Of a stretch of 64,000 nt of DNA, positions 1-12,861 are shown in pieces. The stretch's first letter is position 1. Each line of letters begins with the position of its first letter. The translations under genes were made by a program, and so were the position numbers. The stretch is from assembly GCA_000004695.1 (NCBI GenBank), contig CM000153.2:2400001-2464000 (forward strand), in the 5' to 3' direction. Under the pieces are notes generated by a model, which saw only the letters and a list, made by a program, of their open reading frames with translations, was not told where the DNA came from and made no database searches. Origin of the DNA: Dictyostelium discoideum (Eukaryota).

Positions 1-1422
<1,422 letters not shown>

Positions 1423-1504
1423 CTAAAATTTAAATAAAAATAAATTAGTTTTGTTTTTTTTGTTTTTTTTTTTTTTTTTTTGGAAAAAAGAAAAAAATAC
1501 ATAC

Positions 1505-1787
1505 AAAATAATGACCATTTTTTTCTTTGAGAATGACCCCTCCAAACTTTTTGAATTAAGATTGCAGATTTATGAGATTTTAATTTTCTTGATTCTTGTG
1601 CTGATAATTTAAATTTATTTTCTAATTCTTTAATACTTAAAAGATATTTCTTTCTTTCTTCCTCTTCTTCTTTAAATAGATCTGATGATAAATTAATTTT
1701 ACTTTTTACATTTACATTATTTTCATTACCTTCAACATTTTCAACATCATATTCACCATATGGTTCAAATGAAAATGAATTACCCAT
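1505..1787 (-). CDS. RhoGEF gene exon 1 (MGNSFSF N-myristoylation consensus; IQ motif ILIQKVWRGHSQRKKW)
   Basis: ATG at 1787-1785 (ORF track 1401..1787). GTATGT donor at 1504; 82-nt AT-rich intron 1423-1504. Gly2/Ser6 match the myristoylation consensus. Confidence 0.7.
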
Positions 1788-1842
1788 TATTTATATACTC
1801 TCTTTCTATATTCCAATTTTAGTTTATATCCTTATTATTACT

Positions 1843-1875
<33 letters not shown>

Positions 1876-2067
1876 AAAAAAATTATTGGTTCAATTATTA
1901 TTATATTACATACAAATAGGTGAAAAAAAAAAATAAAAAAAAAGTTTTAACTAATTTTGTATGAGGTTTGTGATAATTTTGATGGGGTTACTGCCAAAAA
2001 AAAAAAAAAAAAAAAAAGTTTTAACAAATTTTGTTTGGGGTCTGTGACAATTTTGATGGAGTTTTTC

Positions 2068-2108
<41 letters not shown>

Positions 2109-2278
2109 TTTAAATTAAAAAAAATTTCCAAAAAAAAAAATTAAAATTAAAAAAAATGGAAAATTAAAGTTTTGGTTTTTATTAATTAAAAAAAAAAAAA
2201 ATTAAAAAAAAAGTTTTATATCTATAAATAAATAATCTATTTTTGGTTTTTTTTTTTTACTTTTTTATTTTATTTTTA

Positions 2279-2313
<35 letters not shown>

Positions 2314-2369
2314 TTTTATTATTTACAAAAATGAATCACATAAAATGAATCTTAAATATTATTATTAGG

Positions 2370-2391
<22 letters not shown>

Positions 2392-2400
<9 letters not shown>

Positions 2401-5380
2401 TTGTTTTGCAACTTCAACATCACAAACCAAGAAATGACTACCAGCTGGTAAAAGTTGAGATGATTTTGAAGAAGTTGTTTTTAAAGCGAATAATACATTG
2501 GCAACTAAACAAGATGGTAAATTTTTATCATATAATTTTTTGAGGGCAGACATTGAATCATTTGAGACACAAACGATACCTTCTTCTAATTGATGACCAT
2601 AATATCTTTCACCTTTTAAGACGAATAAAGCTGTGCAACCTGCTTCAATCTTTGTAAATGTAATTGGAGAACCATTTATGAAATCCATTAATTTAATGTT
2701 CTCTCTTGAGCTGGTGGTTAAATCCTCTTCTAAAGCAGAAGCACGACGACCAGCTTCCAACAATTCCTCTTCGGTACCCATCCAACCAGATATTTTCTCT
2801 TGGAAACTTTCTTCCAAAAGGTGGATTAATTCTTTATTCTTTTCAGTTTGATTCTTACTATGATTTCTTTCAATTTGTTGAACTAATGCTTGGATTCTAT
2901 TTACAGAGATGTCACTTGGAGTTATACAAGTTAAATCTAAATCACCACTATTAAGGGTTTTAAGTGCTTTACCACCAGATCTATATTTTTCAAATCTATC
3001 CAAAATTAAAGCTGATGGTGTTTTCTTTTGACCAATACCTTTTTCAATTGATATGTTATCTGACGATGAAGTGGTAGTTGTAGTGGTTGTTGTAGTAGTG
3101 TCGTGAATATTAATCTTTGAGAAATCTTTAGTTGTTATTTCCATATTATTATTATTATTATTATTATTATTTGAGCCAGCAACACTTGCAATTGATTTTT
3201 CAATAGCCATATCAATTTCAAGATCGAAATCACTCTTAACTTTTGTAACAATGGCAGTGGTAGTATTGGTGGTTGAAGATGATACTAATGATTTCATTAA
3301 TTCTTCTTCTTCTTGTTTATTTAGCTCTACTTTGGTGGTTTCATCGGAATCTTCTAGATCAGATTCACTATCACTATCATCTAAATCTACTTTATTATAT
3401 TGAGCCAATAATTCAATATAAGTGAAACCATGATTATTTACAACACTAATGTCACAATTACTTTCGATTAAGTAGGTGACAATATCGGTATTATTGGTAA
3501 CGATTGCTTTGAAGATTGGTGTTTCACCATCACCATCGACGGCATTAATATTTGAACCAGCTTCAACCAATTTAACAAAGATATTGTAACGACCTAAAGC
3601 GGCAGCCCAATGTAATGGAGTCATACCAGTGTGATCCTTGATATCCAAAAGTCCATCACCCATGAATAAAAAGTGTTCAATGAAAATGGAAACGATACGA
3701 CAATTGTTATCTTGAACAGCATAATGGAAAGCGGTTAAACCACGGTTATCTTTACATTCAACCAATACGTCATATTGTTGACAAATGAATTTGACCAATC
3801 TATAATGACCACGTTCGGTGGCAATATGTAAACCGGTGGCACCAACATTATCGGCATTTAAAAGATCAAGATCACTACCGGATGCTTCGATCACTTGAGT
3901 GACCAATTCAATTGAACCTGAATAACAAGCCATATGGAAAACTGAGTGACTACTTCTATTCTTTATGGTTAAATCAGCACCCATTTCAATCAATTTCTCG
4001 ACCATATCAGTACGACCTTCCTTGGCAGCAATCATAATTAAAGTATTACCTTGTAAGTCTCTAATGGAATTGACGAAACCATCCTTTTCATCACCACTTA
4101 ATAAATCTTCTAATTCTTCAACTTCGCCATGGATTACACAATTCATATAGTTGAAATAACTTGGTGAAGAGTTCATATTGTTATTATTATTACCACTATT
4201 ACCACTGCTACCAGTGATGAAATAAGTTTGACTGTTACCACCAGCACCACCAACAGCACCATTAATGTACATACTATTTGAATAATCTTCACTTGATGGT
4301 GATGAAGGATTTCTATCGCCACCAAAATCAATTTGTTGACCACGTTGACGTTTTGGATTACCATCTTCTGGTAATTCATTATAGGTGAATGGATGTGGTT
4401 TACCGATTTTAGATTTATTTTTGACAGACTTTTCCTTATCTTTTTTGATGGTGTTTTTAGTGTAACGGGTGGTGACATTGTATGAACCAGGTGTTGAACG
4501 ATTTGGTGGAACAAAAGCAAAAGAGAAAGAGGTTTGATTTGGCATACGAAGTTGTTCTTGCTTTACAGAGTATGGTTGATGATCGGGAGATGGTTCCAAT
4601 GGATCGAGATCTACATAGAGAATTTCAGTACGACCTTTCTTAAAGTAGTAACCATAACAAGTTACCTCTGGCTCTTGACCACAATAACAAGAGTTTGGAA
4701 CTAAACGAGCTATATCTGGTGCTGGTAAGAGATCGGTATGGTAAAAGAGATTGATTGGTTGCGAAACAACTTCATTGAAACGTTCAAAAGTTCTCTTGTT
4801 GATTAAAGAGAATTTCAAACGGAATGAACTACATGGGTCATGTTTCTTACGATCGACGTGCATATCGGTGAATTTAAATTCAAATGTACCATCGATACAA
4901 GTAACGGCTGGTTGTGAAATAATGATTGAATCATCTGGCTCTGGATTTGCAACTACCATTAAATCATTGGCATCCCCTTTATAGTTGGCAACTTTGACAA
5001 CTGGTGCTGGAACGAGTACATGAGTTTTGACAGTATAAATTGGGAATGGTTGATTGTAACTATCTACAATTTCAACTTTTGGTCCATAGCTATTAATATT
5101 TACAGGTATATTATTAAAAATTTGTGGATTATTATTAATATTATTATTATTATTATTATTATTATTTCTTTGATTATTAGTTTGAATTTGTTGATTATTA
5201 TTTTGTTGTGGTCTTTGTGGTGATTGAATTAAACCATTATTAAATTGCATTGGTGATGATGCATAATCATTATTTGGTGTTGATGGTTCTGAATATTGGT
5301 TTTGAATTGCTGGCAGTATTAAATTATTACCAGTACTATTCATATTTATATTATTACTATTATTCATATTTATATTGTTA

Positions 5381-5444
<64 letters not shown>

Positions 5445-5689
5445 TATTATTATTACTATTATTATTACTATTATTATTCATATTATTGTTGTTGTTATTA
5501 TTATTATTATTATTATTATTGTTGTTGTTGTTGTTCATATATTGTTGTGTCATTTGTTGCTGCATAAATTGATTTTGGTATACTGATTGAGACGAGTTTG
5601 ATAAATCATTGAAATTATTGTTGTTATTATTATTATTATTACTATTAGTGTTGTTGTTGTTGTTATTACTATTATTATTGTTGATGTTG

Positions 5690-5733
<44 letters not shown>

Positions 5734-6247
5734 GTGATTGTTATTGTTGTTATTGTTATTATTATTATTTCCAAATGATGGTGATCTTATTGGAATTGAG
5801 CCCATTGAATTTATATTGTTGTTGTTGTTGTTATTATTATTATTGTGGTGGTGGTTGTTGTTGTTGTTGTTGTTGTTGCTATTATTATTATTATTATTAT
5901 TATTACTATTGTGGTGATGATGATTATTGTTGTGATTGTGGTTGTTGTTGTTATTATTATTATTGTTGTTGTTGTTGTTGTTGTTATTATTGTTGTTATT
6001 ATTATTACCACCATTATTACCATTATCTTGTTGTGGTGAATGTGGAACTGGCGAATAAACAATAGTATTTGGTTGTGACAATGGTGAGTGTGGTACCATC
6101 GATGTATGTTCATTATTGTTGGAGGTTGGTGCATTTTTAAAGACCAAATTGCCCAAAGCTATTTGTTGGTGAATGTATGACAAAAAGAATGGATCATTTA
6201 AATCTACAGATTGAGGATTGGTATTATTGTTGTTATTATTATTATTG

Positions 6248-6279
<32 letters not shown>

Positions 6280-6515
6280 GTTATTATTATTATTATAGTA
6301 ACCCATATTATTGTTATTACTGTAACTATTGTTGTTGTTATTATTATTATTATTACTATTATTATTATTATTATAGCAATTATTAGTATTATTATTATTA
6401 TTATTATTACTGTTATTGTCAAAAAAGATCTCGTCTGATCCATTAGACACATAACCATTCACAGAATCCTTGGTCATCATATTTCCATCGTCATTATTAT
6501 TGTTGTTGTTATTAA

Positions 6516-6547
<32 letters not shown>

Positions 6548-6579
6548 GAATATTGGTTGTTATTGTATGATTGATCCAT
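2392..6579 (-). CDS. Ankyrin-repeat protein (1395 aa) with very long N/Q/H low-complexity tracts and a conserved globular domain upstream of the ANK repeats; possible transcription regulator
   Basis: Single continuous ORF from the track. At least six ANK repeats (GNTLIMIAAKEGRTDMVEKLIEMGADL..., GLHIATERGHYRLVKFI..., TPLHWAAALGRYNIFVKLVEAGSNINAVDGDGETPIF). (ATT/GTT)n coding microsatellites at 5150-6560. Confidence 0.8.
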
Positions 6580-6619
6580 TGTTTATTTTATGTGTGTGAA
6601 AAAAAAAAAAATCTTTTTT

Positions 6620-6650
<31 letters not shown>

Positions 6651-6664
6651 GGACAAGCGGAAAA

Positions 6665-6698
<34 letters not shown>

Positions 6699-6869
6699 TA
6701 TTATTGTTATTATTATTATTAATTTTTTAAATTTATAAAAATTATTAATTAATGCTGTTTTGAACAAAAAAAAACAATAATATATAAACGGTTAATCGAA
6801 TGGATAAAAAAAAAAAATTTATAAAAAAAAAAAGGAAGGAAAAAAAAAAATTATGAAAGTGAGTGAAAA

Positions 6870-6900
<31 letters not shown>

Positions 6901-7262
6901 AATTGAAAAAAATAAAATTTTTTTTCTGCGTTTTGCAAGACAAGGGGTGGTTGAAAGAAAAAAAATAAATAAAAATAATAAAATAAAAAAATTTATTATT
7001 TGTTTAATTATTAAAGTATTTATTTATAAAAAATGCTTTTTGAATTATTATATTATATTGTTATTATTATTTAAATAATTTTTTTTATTGTATGTGTATT
7101 TTTTAATAATATTGTATATTGATAATAAAAAAAAAAAAAAAAAATTGAAAAAAAAGTTGAAAAAAATAAAAAAAAATAAAAAAAAATTGGAAAATTTTGT
7201 CTTAAAGACTGAGGAAAACCTTTCTTCCTTGGGAGACTTCTTTGTACACACAATTTTTTTTA

Positions 7263-7360
7263 GTAAACAAAGTCAAAGGATATTATATGAATAATATTTT
7301 ATTACCTCAAGGAAATTTTTGATAAACAAAGTCAAATGATATTATGTGAATAATAATTTT
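7263..7360. repeat. ~60-bp direct duplication (taaacaaagtcaaaKgatattatRtgaataata...)
   Basis: Two near-identical copies, at 7263-7300 and 7322-7360. Confidence 0.6.
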
Positions 7361-7435
7361 TTATTATTATCTTCCATTGTTTTTTTTTTTTAAAAAAAAA
7401 AAAAAAAATAGTAATAAATTGAAATAAATTCAATT

Positions 7436-7478
<43 letters not shown>

Positions 7479-7617
7479 AACAAGTTAATTAATTTGTATG
7501 TTTTTATTATTAAATACACCATTAATTAATTTTATTACTATTATTATTTTTAATCTTTTTTTTTTTTAAAATAATATCTTTTTTTTTTTTCCTTTTTTTT
7601 TTATTTTTTTTTTAAAA

Positions 7618-7765
7618 TTTTTGGTATAAAAATGTGTGGTGTTGAGAAAAAATATCTCTCAAATGAAAGACAGTGCGATAGTCTAAAATTTTCAAAAAAG
7701 AGAATTCTTTGTGTTTGAGCCAGGGGCTTCATATTTATGTGAAAATTTTAATTGCTCAAAGTCTA
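7618..7765. repeat. Repeat R1: TATAAAAATGTGTGGTGTTGAG-headed element with conserved blocks
   Basis: Shares ordered blocks (gtgttgag, aatgaaag, aaaaaRagaaNttctttgtgt, agcca) with R2 at 8598-8745. Its 5' 35 bp recur at 11718-11760 and 15400-15440. Confidence 0.45.
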
Positions 7766-8032
7766 AAAAAAATAAAAAAAAATAAATAAAAATTTAAAAT
7801 AAATTGAAACAAATATAACCAATGATAACAAATAGAATTTTTTTTTTTTTTTTATTCCCCAACCAAACATTTTTATTGTTTTTTTTTTTTTTTTTTGTTT
7901 TTTTTATGTTTTTTGTTTTTTTTTGGTTAATCTTAAAGTTAAATAATAAAAGATTTTGTTTGGTTATATTTATCTTTTTTTTTTTTTATTTTTTTTCTCA
8001 AAAAACTTTTTCCTTTACAACTTTTATCTTTT

Positions 8033-8145
8033 GTCATTTAATTTTTTTTTTTTTTTTAAAATATCCGGCAACACCACCTGATGTTTTGTCATTTAATTTT
8101 TTTTTTTTTAAAATATCTTCGGCAACATCACCTGATGTTTTGAAA
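8033..8145. repeat. ~52-bp tandem duplication (tgtcatttaa-T(n)-aaaatatcYggcaacaYcacctgatgtttTG)
   Basis: Two adjacent copies. The unit is unusually GC-rich (ccggcaacaccacctg) for its surroundings. Confidence 0.6.
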
Positions 8146-8157
8146 AAAAAAAAATAA

Positions 8158-8232
8158 AAAAAAAAATTTAATAAAAAAATAAAATAAAAAAAAAATTTAA
8201 TAAAAAAATAAAATAAAAAAAAAATTTAAAAA
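8158..8232. repeat. 30-bp tandem repeat (aaaaaaaatttaataaaaaaataaaataaa) x ~2.4
   Basis: Direct reading of the sequence. Confidence 0.7.
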
Positions 8233-8462
8233 AAAAAATCTTGAAATAGTTTGGGTTATTTTCATTTTTTTTTCTTTTTTCTCTTTTCTTATTTTTTTTT
8301 GTTCACAAATCTTTTTTGTTTTTAGTAATAATTTGTCAGAGATCACATAAGTTTAGAACTTTATTATCAACCAACGAGTTAGTTTAAAATTATATTAAAA
8401 TAAAAATAAAAAATTCCAAAAAAAAAAAAAAAAAAAAAAAGGCCCAAAACCAGAATGTTTCA

Positions 8463-8463
<1 letters not shown>

Positions 8464-8532
<69 letters not shown>
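8464..8532. repeat. (A)69 homopolymer tract
   Basis: Uninterrupted A run. Similar shorter runs are throughout the intergenic DNA. Confidence 0.95.
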
Positions 8533-8534
<2 letters not shown>

Positions 8535-8565
8535 ATTATTTGATTATAATTTAATCAGTCTTTTC

Positions 8566-8597
<32 letters not shown>

Positions 8598-8601
<4 letters not shown>

Positions 8602-8745
8602 AACCTTATGAATAAATATAGTGTTGAGGTTTATAAAATGAAAGGCCCTTTAAGATTGTTAAAAAATTAGCAAAAATAGAAAGTTCTTTGTGTCAGCCAT
8701 ATAGGTCCAGGATTATGTTAATCTATTATTACCCATTCATTTTAT
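8598..8745. repeat. Repeat R2: diverged copy of R1
   Basis: Block-wise similarity to 7618-7765; see R1. Confidence 0.4.
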
Positions 8746-9122
8746 TTTTTATATTTTTTTATTTTTTTATTTTTTTTTTAAAAAACTTTTTCCTTTGCAA
8801 TCTAAGATTTTTTTTTTTTTAAAAAAGTATCTCAGTTCAATGTGATCTTAAAATAGAAAAATGTTTGTAAAATTTTTTTTTTTTTTCTATAATGTTATTC
8901 GTAATATTAACCTTTTATTTAGTTTTTTTTTTTTATATTTTTATATTTTTAAAAATATTTTCTAAAATAATATGTAAGAGTGTGGTTGAAAAAAAAAAAA
9001 AGGCTTTTTATTGAGATATTTTAATTTGGTGGTTTATTAAGTAATTAAAAATTATAAAATGATTTGGGATATTAATATTTTTAAATTTTAGAAATTTATT
9101 AAATGGCTTCTTTTAAATTCTG

Positions 9123-9165
<43 letters not shown>

Positions 9166-9368
9166 ATAAAAAGCAAAATTTAGGTGCCTTTTAAACTTTT
9201 AGTATTTATTAGATTATCTTTTTTGATAGTTACTCATATATTTTAAATTATTAAATACTCAAAGCCAATAAATAATTTAATCAAAAAGGGAAATAAATTT
9301 TATGGATTTTATCACATTCTTAAATGATTTTTTTTTTTAATTATTTGATTGAGAAATAATAAAAACAA

Positions 9369-9413
<45 letters not shown>

Positions 9414-9763
9414 TAAAAAAATATATTGTTATATTATATTTAAATGAAATTTCGTTTTTCTCAGTTTGATTTTTTAAACAGTTAAAATTTAAAAATGATC
9501 AATTGGAATGCAAAAATCCTTTTTTTTTTTTTTTTTTTTTTTAAAAAAAATAATATTTACTGTATAACATTATTATTATTTATAAAAACTGTTCTTTGAT
9601 ATATGTTGTTTCTAATAACATTTGATTTAAATTTGAATTTTTTTTTTTATGATATATCTTAAAATTTTATTTGTTGGCATTTTGGTTTCCTACATTATAT
9701 AAATAAATTAATTTGAAAAATCTTGTTGGTCAAAGTGGAAAATTAACACCTTTTTTTAAAATT

Positions 9764-11233
9764 TTATAATTTTAGATTATTAAAATCTTTAAGATTTTTA
9801 CGTAATAGTTTACCAGTTGCAGATTTAGGAATTGCAGGTATGAAAAAGATACCACCTCTGAAATGTTTATAATTTGCAATTTTTGGGTGAGCCCAATCCA
9901 AGAGTTCTTTTTCAGTAAGAGATTCATTTTGTTTAATAACAACGAAACCTCTTGGTACTTCACCCATATCACCTTTTGAAAGACCTACTACACAGGCATC
10001 TGCAACTTTTGGATGAGATAATAGTAATGCTTCTAATTCAGCAGGTGGTACTTGGAAACCTTTACATTTGATCAATTCCTTTGATCTATCGATGATAAAG
10101 AAATAACCATCTTCATCAACATAACCAATATCACCAGTTTTTAAGAATCCATCTTTATCTATGACTTCATTGGTTGCCTTTTCATTGTTATAATAACCCA
10201 ACATAACATTTGGACCTTTAATACAGATTTCACCCTTTTCACCCATACCTAAATTCTCACCAGTCTCTGAAGAGATGATTTTAGCTAATAGATTGGGTAA
10301 GAGGGTACCAGAGGAACCCGATTTAACTAATCCATTTGGGGTTACAAAACAACATGGACTAAGTTCGGTAGCACCATAACCTTGTTTAATTACAAGTCTG
10401 CCTTTGAATCTTTCTTTAATTAAATCTTCAATCTCTGAACCTAATGGAGCAGCACCACAAAATAGTGTACGTAAACTTGAGAGATCAAATTTATCGACGA
10501 TTGGTGATTTTGCAAACATGATAGCAATCGGTGGAACAATGAATGACATTGCAACCTTATACTTTTTAATTAATTCCAAGAATCTAACTGGTTCGAATTT
10601 TGGTAAGGTAACAATTCGATAACCTTGTTTCACCATCAACATTATGTGTAACATTAAACCAAAGGAATGAAAGAATGGTAAGACACCAATAACGCTATCA
10701 TTCTTTTTATAGGTTGATGTTTCAATGGTTTGAGTTTGATATGTATTTGAGACTAGATTATAGTGACTTAAACAAACACCTTTAAATAATCCAGTTGTGC
10801 CACTTGAAAATGGAATAATAGCTGTATCTTTCGTTAGATCAATTCTAACGATTGGGTAATCTTTACCATTATTATTAGTTAATTGATTAAACGACATTAC
10901 AATTCCATCACTAGATAAAGTTAATTGATCAATTTCTTTTAAAGTTTGACCTGCAATATCGACTAAAATCACTTTTTCAACACTTGGAAAAACTCTTTTT
11001 AAATCATTTTTAATCTTTTCATATACTGCTAATGTTACTGCTAAATATCTTGGTGAAACTGTTGCTAATGTATGTGATAACTCTTCAATTGTATAGTCTG
11101 GATTAACTAATGATGTAATGCCTCCCATCAATAATGTACCATGAAATATTGGTACATATTCTGGTAAATTTGGTAGAATTACTCCAAGTACATCACCTTT
11201 TTTAATATTTAATTTATTTAAACCACATGCAAC
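9764..11233 (-). CDS. 4cl: 4-coumarate-CoA ligase-like (AMP-dependent synthetase/ligase) copy A, exon 2 (incl. stop)
   Basis: ORF-track 455-aa ORF (first 'M' is TTG) extended upstream to the acceptor ag at 11235/11234. Contains the AMP-binding motif SSGTTGLFKGV and 4CL box II GEICIKGPNVMLGYYNN. Copy A ends NNLKL. The three 551-aa tandem genes match the known Dictyostelium 4cl1-3 family; which paralogue is which is not determinable here. Confidence 0.85.
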   Translation of the reverse strand, partial: VACGLNKLNIKKGDVLGVILPNLPEYVPIFHGTLLMGGITSLVNPDYTIEELSHTLATVSPRYLAVTLAVYEKIKNDLKRVFPSVEKVILVDIAGQTLKEIDQLTLSSDGIVMSFNQLTNNNGKDYPIVRIDLTKDTAIIPFSSGTTGLFKGVCLSHYNLVSNTYQTQTIETSTYKKNDSVIGVLPFFHSFGLMLHIMLMVKQGYRIVTLPKFEPVRFLELIKKYKVAMSFIVPPIAIMFAKSPIVDKFDLSSLRTLFCGAAPLGSEIEDLIKERFKGRLVIKQGYGATELSPCCFVTPNGLVKSGSSGTLLPNLLAKIISSETGENLGMGEKGEICIKGPNVMLGYYNNEKATNEVIDKDGFLKTGDIGYVDEDGYFFIIDRSKELIKCKGFQVPPAELEALLLSHPKVADACVVGLSKGDMGEVPRGFVVIKQNESLTEKELLDWAHPKIANYKHFRGGIFFIPAIPKSATGKLLRKNLKDFNNLKL

Positions 11234-11322
11234 CTAATTAAAAAATAATAAAAATAAAAATAAAAAAAAAAATTTTTAAAACTTGTTTGGAAATAGAAAA
11301 AAAAAAAAAAAAATTTATTTAC

Positions 11323-11508
11323 CTTTTCAATTGTATCAGCGACAAAATGTGAAGAATATTCTTTAAAAGTTAAACCATCAACTAATAAAACTTGATCAGG
11401 TTTATATCTTATATGTTTTAAAATTAAATGTGGTATTGGTTTCTCTGGTATTATAATATTTGGGTATTTTGATGTGAAATAAGTTTGTCCATTAATTATT
11501 CTAATCAT
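11323..11508 (-). CDS. 4cl: 4CL-like copy A, exon 1 (62 codons, MIRIINGQTYFTSKYPNIIIPEK...ADTIEK)
   Basis: ATG at 11508-11506. GTAAAT donor at 11322; 89-nt intron. Exon 1 + exon 2 = 1656 nt = 551 aa + stop. Confidence 0.8.
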
Positions 11509-11613
11509 CCTTAAATTTTTAATTTTTTTTTTTAAAATGGTATTGTGTTTATGCTATGGGTTATTATTTAAAAAATTTTCTGTTGGTATTAATATATTAC
11601 ATTTAAATAAAGG

Positions 11614-11652
<39 letters not shown>

Positions 11653-12111
11653 AACAGTTTTATTAATTGTTTGTTTTACTATTATTAATAGTAAATTTTT
11701 TTTTTTTTTTTTATATTTTTTATAGTATAAAAATGTGGTGTTTAGAAAAAATATCTCAAACTGGAGATTTTTCAAAAATAAAAATACTAACAAATATTTT
11801 TCTCTTGCCAAACATTTTTTATTTGTTTATTATTTTTTATTATTACTATAATTAATATTATGATTATTAAAAACTTATTAATATTAAACAATTTAATTCA
11901 TTACATATCAAAAATTAAAAAATTGCAATCGATAATAAAAAAAAAATCTTGGTCCATAATATTTTCTTTTTTTTTTTTGAAAATGTTTTTTTATTTTATT
12001 TTCTATTTTTTATTATATTTTTTTTTCCTCCCTACTGTTTTTTTATTTGTAATAAGTAAAAAAAAAAAAACACGGTAAAACCGAATCTCGAGAATATCTT
12101 TTAAAATTTTC

Positions 12112-12378
12112 TTAATGACAAGACCTAATTTTTTTTTTTTTATTTTTAAAACTTGTTTGGAAATAGAAAAAAAAAAAAAAAAATTTATTTACCTTTTCAA
12201 TTGTATCAGCGACAAAATGAGAAGAATATTCTTTAAAAGTTAAACCATCAACTAATAAAACTTGATCAGGTTTAGATCTAATATGTTTTAAAATTAATTG
12301 AGGTATTAGTTTCTCTGGTATTATAATATTTGGGTATTTTGATGCGAAATAAGTTTGTCCATTAATTATTCTAATCAT
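12112..12378 (-). pseudogene. Orphan duplicated 4CL first exon + intron remnant (no exon 2): truncated paralogue relic
   Basis: The exon 1 homologue is intact, with ATG at 12378 (MIRIINGQTYFASKYPNIIIPEKLIPQ...) and donor at 12192, and the intron copy is conserved. Similarity ends exactly at the acceptor (gacctaatt at 12124-12132). No downstream AMP-ligase exon exists before 4CL-A exon 1. Confidence 0.7.
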
Positions 12379-12836
12379 CCTAGAAATTTTTTTTTTTTTT
12401 TTTTAATAAACAATGGCGAAACTTAAATTAGGAGAATTTTGGAAAACAAAGAAATAATAAAAAAAAAGTTAAAAATAATAATTATTTATTTTTTAAAAAA
12501 TGGTATGGTGTTTAAAAAAAAAAGTTAAAAATAATAATTATTTATTTTTTGCCTCGTAAAAAAAAAAAATAATAAAGTATATTAATTTGTTTGTTTTAAT
12601 TAATTTTATGTTACGCCACATTAATTAATTTTATTTAGTATTTGGCTTTTATCGATAAAAGGTGTTTTTTTTTGTATACCTTTCTTCATTTATCCTAATC
12701 TTTTTAAATAATAAATTGAAAAAAAATCAATAAAATGTGAATAATAAAAATTTAGGTGCCGAAAAAAAGGTGTTTTGGATTTGTATGGGGTGGAAGAAAA
12801 TAAAAAAATATAAGTAAAAAAAAAAAAAGAGGAGTC

Positions 12837-12861
12837 AAACCCCACAAACGCCCCATAAAAT
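12837..12861 (+). promoter_or_regulatory. Two tandem DUSE-like motifs (ACCCCACAA / CCCCATAAA), the Dictyostelium upstream sequence element of ncRNA genes
   Basis: caaaCCCCACAAacgCCCCATAAAa matches the published DUSE consensus [AT]CCCA[CT]AA. A T-run lies ~150 bp downstream, at 13011-13025. Confidence 0.3.
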
